A stretch of 64,000 nucleotides of DNA from Strigamia acuminata (taxonomy: Eukaryota), in the NCBI GenBank assembly GCA_949358305.1, contig OX442314.1, positions 28,768,001 through 28,832,000 on the forward strand, in the 5' to 3' direction. The position numbers and the translations under genes were made by a program. Of this stretch, positions 58,677 to 64,000 are shown in pieces. Position 1 is the stretch's first letter. Each line of letters opens with the position of its first letter. A model generated the notes under the pieces. It did no database searches, was not told where the DNA came from, and was given only the letters and a program-made list of their open reading frames with translations.

Positions 58677-60636
58677 ATGAGAAGACAAGTCAAACCCAGA
58701 CGAGTCACATATGAAAAACAACCTGTTAAAAAACTTCAAAATGAATTTTTGGGATTGAACAAATTGTGTGAGCAATCACACAGCGTATTTTTCAAATTGG
58801 TTTGGTTCCTACTTGTCGTGGCTTGCTTCACTGCTTGTTTGTTCCAAATTTACACCCGTGTGAGCGTTTTTTTAGATGGGGCAATTACACAGGAAGTAGA
58901 ATTCCGCCCACAAACAAATTTTTTTTTTCCTTCGGTCACTATATGCAATTTGCATATTTATTATCTCATGAATTATATACAAAATAACCAAAACACTATG
59001 GAAAATCAGACACGTAACTTAATCAACAACGATGTCGACGAATTATGGAATACATTGGGTAGAATAAATCCCGAACACTTATGCGCAGTAAGTAAAAATA
59101 AAGTTCATTTAAACTTTTATTAGTGTTGGCATTGCGATTGTTAGCATTGGACACATTGAAATCAGTACGGTAACCGTTACGATCACTTTTCTGCACATCG
59201 CCCTTATACGTATTGAACATAAAAATGTTTTTCCTGGCCAAATGCAAAGTTTTCCACTGAAGTGCATTGCAGAGCAGTACAATATATCGTATATCAAAAA
59301 CAAGCTCACTGTGTTCTAAATTTTTAATGTAATTGATAAACAAATGCACAATTAGTTTAAGCTAAATTATATTTTTAACAGAGAACATCAACAATGAAAA
59401 GACGCTGTGGAAATCAACCTTTTGAGAAAATAACGGCAAACTCCGTTAATACAGCAATTGGAAATTGTGTGATGCTTACTATGCGTAATACGTAGAATAT
59501 ATCAGATTATTGAGAACGTTATTGTGCAAAAGTTTCTACGGGCTTGTATATTTCATATGTATTGCCATGAATAACCGCCACAGAGGTTACATCCACTCTT
59601 GAATGCTACCAAATCAAAATCGTCCCAATTTTCCTGTTTTCAGCCTATCTCTGGGCGACGATCAGTTTCCTTTAGAAATCTGTTTGCAATAACGTTTACA
59701 CAGTATGTCGAAAATCGATTGAATCGCAATTATACAATTACAGATGAAAAAATGATGTACAAAGGTCCATTCACTTTTTTTAATTTGGGCTGGAACACTG
59801 TCGAGGCTCCCTATGATGTACCAAGTCTATTTGTAAGGTTATATGTATGAGGAAAACAAGAAAAGGAAAAAGCGTATAAAATGCTACGGTTTCTTTTAGT
59901 TTTCTGTCCACAGTGATACTTTCCGGCATGTATACGACGGCCTTGTAGTATCTGAAGAAACCAATACCGATTTTTCTACATACTACCGAATATTTGAAAA
60001 AGAGGTGCAGTAACACAATTTTAAAAAGAAATGAATGCTTTCCAATATGAATTCAAATTTTAGTTTAAGAATTTGAATTTACCTCGCAATCCCTGTGCAC
60101 CGGCAGAAGAAGTTACAACCTGCATAAATAATTGCTTAGACAAATTATTAGAAAAGAAGTTAACTTGCAGGTAAGATTTCTAATGCGTGTTGGTTTAAAC
60201 TGTTTCACCCGGATGTGTATGTAATCTTCTCACTTTGTTTGTCAGATTACCATTTTTCAATTCTACACTACCATGCTGCACGAGGTTTAATGAAATGAAG
60301 AAAGGATTTTGGGTTGGCTGGAATGCAGCAACCAACATGGTCGAAAATGTTGAACCTTGTCAGTGTAAACGTAAATGTAACGAGATCAAATACACATTGA
60401 ATAAGGAAACTGAAACAAAAAATGTTAACTCACACACAACAAGGTTGAATTTCCTTTTTTCAGCGGAAACACACGAAACGATTACAGAGCGACAAATGTT
60501 CTCGCTTTCAGCTTTGTTCAGTGAAATTGGTGGAACCCTCGGTTTGTACCTCGGCATAAGCGTTTTCACAATTGCTGATCTTATTATCTTTCTTGCCCGA
60601 CTTTCAATTTCCAAGTTTAAACGCTTTCTAAAATAA
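58677..60636 (+). CDS. DEG/ENaC (pickpocket/ASIC-like) amiloride-sensitive channel subunit, apparently intact, ~401 aa
   Basis: Exons 58677-59087, 59382-59484, 59744-59832, 59900-60004, 60064-60170, 60246-60636 sum to 1206 nt with consistent phases. TM1, FPSVTICN, TAIGNC, Cys-rich CxCxxxC, TM2 EIGGTLGLYLGIS. A possible extra upstream exon at 57858-57913 (phase-compatible with the acceptor at 58669) is less certain. Confidence 0.9.
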
Positions 60637-61809
60637 TTAATTCCGCTTCAGTAAGCCACATCAAATGTACAATACAAATAGATCAATTTTTGCACCTTTA
60701 GGAATGATAAAAATAAATTCTCCAGCAGTGTTTAAAAAATAATAAGGTTTGAATGAAAGGGCGGAATTGAAGGTGGCGCCATGTTTGGCCACCAGAGAAT
60801 CACTTCGGTGACACAATGTACCGTAAATGGATCGAGTCAATTGAGTGTTAAAAGGGAGGGAATACTATTTGCATATTTGCATATTTGCATATTTCAATTC
60901 GCATTCATCAGTCATCACCATCTGACTTCTAAAGTAATTTAATCGACTTTCCACATTACTTGGAATTGTTGGAAACAACACATTAAAGCGTACCTACTGT
61001 CAATTAATGTAATTGTATTGTGTATAATTCATTATGTGTACAGTAATCATATATACCGTAATCAATTTTCTGAAACTTTCATTTACTGTACATGTTATTT
61101 TTCCACATTATTTTCATAATCAGGCAGTTTAGTGAATTTTGCTTAACTAGAGCAGAGAATCATTTTGGTAGATATCTGGACAGATATCCACTCATACAAG
61201 AATCTTAGCAATTTCTTAAACCCAATTTGAATAAATTTCCTACAGTACGGGCAGTTGTACATTTGAAATTTTCTGCTTTTTTACTTTCAACTTCTTGTAC
61301 TTTTAATCAGTTTAATATTCTCAAATTGTATCTCTTCGTCTGTATATTTCTGCACCAAACAATGTATAGCAATAAACAGTACTTATATGCAGCAAATTGT
61401 TTGAAAACATTTCTGGATGCACATCAGACTATATAAAAGAAACTCAGAACACATCAAATTGGGGTTTGATTTTTTACCATTATTTTCATTTGGTCATTTA
61501 GAGGTCAGTGTCCATAATGTATACTTTCCATTGCATAAGGTGCTCACAAAAATATTATCACGGTGATAAAATTTCCCCAATTGTTGTGTTGACAATGATA
61601 ATGACTAGAAATTACAATGAAATCATATTTATTATTAAATAATATTTCCATTTACACTGCTACGCAGTAATATTTTACGTAAATTCTAATATTTCTGGCA
61701 TTTGTAAATTTTTACTTGCATAAAATTATTATCACTCATTGTAAAAATTGCAGATTTATACATTTTCAATATCCTGTGAAACCTCCCTTAATTAGTCTAT
61801 AAATTCAAT

Positions 61810-62872
61810 CTGTCATCTCATCAATTAGTTTTGAAAGAACCATTTGATCAATTTCTTTCCACCAATGTTGCCTTGAATACATGGATGGGAACATTACCTG
61901 TTGAAAGATGGCCTTTTGTCCAGCAATTCTTATCATCCAGGGCTTTAAATGGGAATTAAACACATCTTAATACTTATCGGAATACATCCTACCAGAAATA
62001 AAGGTAAAGATGGTCTTTCCCTTATAGCTGAATGCACCCCAAACCTTAACATTTCCACCACCTCCAAAGATCACCAAACATAGGATGCTGAATGGCACCA
62101 AATTATATTTTCTGGTGAAAAAAAGTTCAAAATGGACAGATCTGATGGTTGCCAACATTACTGGCATGATTTGGTAAGGAACATGAAAGTGTTTTCAAAA
62201 CGAGTTGGAGGCGATGGAAGTGTTATGGTTTGGGGTGCATTCCGCTATAAGGAAAAGACCACCTTTGCCTTTATTTCTGGTTGGATGTGTTTAATTCCCA
62301 TAAGTATTCAGATGTGTTTAATTCCCATAAGTATTCAGATGTGTTTAATTCCCATAAGTATTCAGATGTGTTTAATTCCCATAAGTATTCAGATGTGTTT
62401 AATTCCCATAAGTATTCAGATGTGTTTAATTCTCATAAGTATTCAGATGTGTTTAATTCCCATAAGTATTCAGATGTGTTTAATTTCCATAAGTATTCAG
62501 ATGTGTTTAATTCCCATAAGTATTCAGATGTGTTTAATTCCCATAAGTATTCAGATGTGTTTAATTCCCATAAGTATTCAGATGTGTTTAATTCCCATAA
62601 GTATTCAGATGTGTTTAATTCCCATAAGTATTCAGATGTTTAATTCTCATAAGTATTCAGATGTGTTTAATTCCCATAAGTATTCAGATGTGTTTAATTC
62701 CCATAAGTATTCAGATGTGTTTAATTCCCATTTAAATCCCTGGATGATAAGAATTGCTGGACAAAAGGCCATCTTTCAACAGGTAATGCTCCCATCCATG
62801 TATTCAAGGCAACATTGTTGGGAAGAAATTAATCAAATGGTTCTTCAAAAACTAATTGATGGGATGAAAGAT
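61810..62872. mobile_element. Two inverted, degraded Tc1-like transposase fragments
   Basis: GGDGSVMVWGAF on + (~62205) and GGGGNVKVWGAF on - (~62065). 61810-62067 is the reverse complement of 62206-62872 once the minisatellite is collapsed. Confidence 0.85.
62284..62731. repeat. 27-bp minisatellite (~16.5 copies)
   Basis: Unit GATGTGTTTAATTCCCATAAGTATTCA, head-to-tail with no spacers. Confidence 0.97.
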
Positions 62873-63062
62873 TTGCTTTGATGCACACTGTCTTAGAAGT
62901 TAGGACCAACGGCTTCTCGCGACTGTACGCAATATGGACCACAGCTGACCCAATTCTGACTGTGCTGCGTTTTCGGGATTCTACAAACAAATTTAAATCA
63001 AATAAAGTTCCGGAATTCAACGTGGAACGTAGTTGAATGCCATTTGTACAAGTAGGTCATCT

Positions 63063-63322
63063 GGGGCGTGTCATCTAGCGCAACAAAATCTTACCCCGAC
63101 ACAATCCACCGCGACTTTTGAAACTGCGACTACGTTTTTCTTTGTCTAATTCCTAGGAAGGGCTAACAAGGGGGGGCTGCGCCCCCTTGTTGCCACCCCT
63201 TGTTAGCCCTTCCGCGAACCTAACCTTACTGTTTTTTTTTTATGCAAAAACCATTTTTTAGGGACGGACTGTCGCGGTAGATCGTGTCACGGTAGATTGT
63301 GTCGCGCTAGATGTGGAGCCCC
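63063..63322. mobile_element. MITE with 8-bp TSD (Mutator/hAT-type)
   Basis: GGGGC...CATCTAGCGC / GCGCTAGATG...GCCCC termini; TSD GGTCATCT at 63055-63062 and 63323-63330. Confidence 0.85.
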
Positions 63323-64000
63323 GGTCATCTATCTTAGTTACCGCCATTATCAGAATCACACAGGATGTAGCCCCTATGAATTTCATGGAAAGCATGAGAA
63401 AAGCAATTTACAGGAAATGCTACATCCTGTTAGCATGAAAAGAATCCTCAGTTTGAATTCAGTCTGAACCTAAAACTTGAACTTGAAACATCTCCTGAAA
63501 ACACACTTGAAACTATTGAAAATTCTTGTTTGTTTGGAGAACCTCAATTCAACTTTAGACTCATTGCTTGGAGTAACAGCCAGTTTTTCCCAGCCACCTT
63601 TAAGTTAATATCTTTGCTATAAAAGATAACGTGTGTTTAAGTCCGTCTACGATGTCGACGCTCGTTTGCAGTCGCAGCAGCCAGCGAACTGAAGGACGGA
63701 AACGCAACGATGCTGCCACATTCAGACGTAAACATTTCTTGGGAATTCCCGATTGATTTAATGGAAATCCGTTTGAATTGTGTTTCTGCTCCTACGATTG
63801 GAACAATTTCCCTTCACACCATTCCGGAGGATCCCGACCTAATCGCCGATATCCCTGACATCTCCACCGCCGAGACGAGAACTATTGTGAAGACCGAGGC
63901 TCGCGTAAATTTCTGTGTAGCCGCGGAATTGTCATCAAGAGCTCAGGCCAAGCTCTTACCGCGATTAGACAGTTTTGCACCGAGGCCATTTTATTTGTTT

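Noticed and set aside
59599..59743. 5' part of ORF 59599-59850 as coding exon
   Set aside because: The paralog is frameshifted here, and exon phase fits only with the acceptor at 59743.
62284..62731. CRISPR-like array / 249-aa repeat ORF
   Set aside because: Head-to-tail 27-bp units without spacers in eukaryotic DNA. The ORFs are open only because the unit is a stop-free multiple of 3.
63761..64000. Open frame running off the window end
   Set aside because: Only ~80 codons visible, with no recognisable motif.

Overview
Eukaryotic (invertebrate-like, AT-rich, spliceosomal introns) DNA. It holds a tandem array of three DEG/ENaC (pickpocket/ASIC-like) channel genes on the + strand: a truncated copy at 1-338, a copy at ~5552-43565 broken by two exonic retrotransposon insertions, and an apparently intact 6-exon copy at ~58677-60636. 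Most of the window is four young Ty3/Gypsy-type LTR elements, each with a clean 4-bp target-site duplication (TSD). A (6777-27966) and B (30450-43252) carry gag, a -1 frameshift, pol, and a third gene. C (7079-16504, nested in A's 5' LTR) and D (45761-56500) are non-autonomous with long LTRs and tRNA-Gln primer sites. Main observation: the third gene of A and B is not env. It is a homologous, intron-containing gene with its own ATG exon, a phase-0 GT-AG intron holding a structured GC-rich island, a candidate internal promoter and its own AATAAA, an organisation reminiscent of complex-retrovirus accessory genes. D encodes an in-frame FLYWCH(Mutator)-Gag fusion, and C carries an orphan basic ORF. 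MITEs and Tc1 relics fill the rest. All calls are by eye; no database searches were run.
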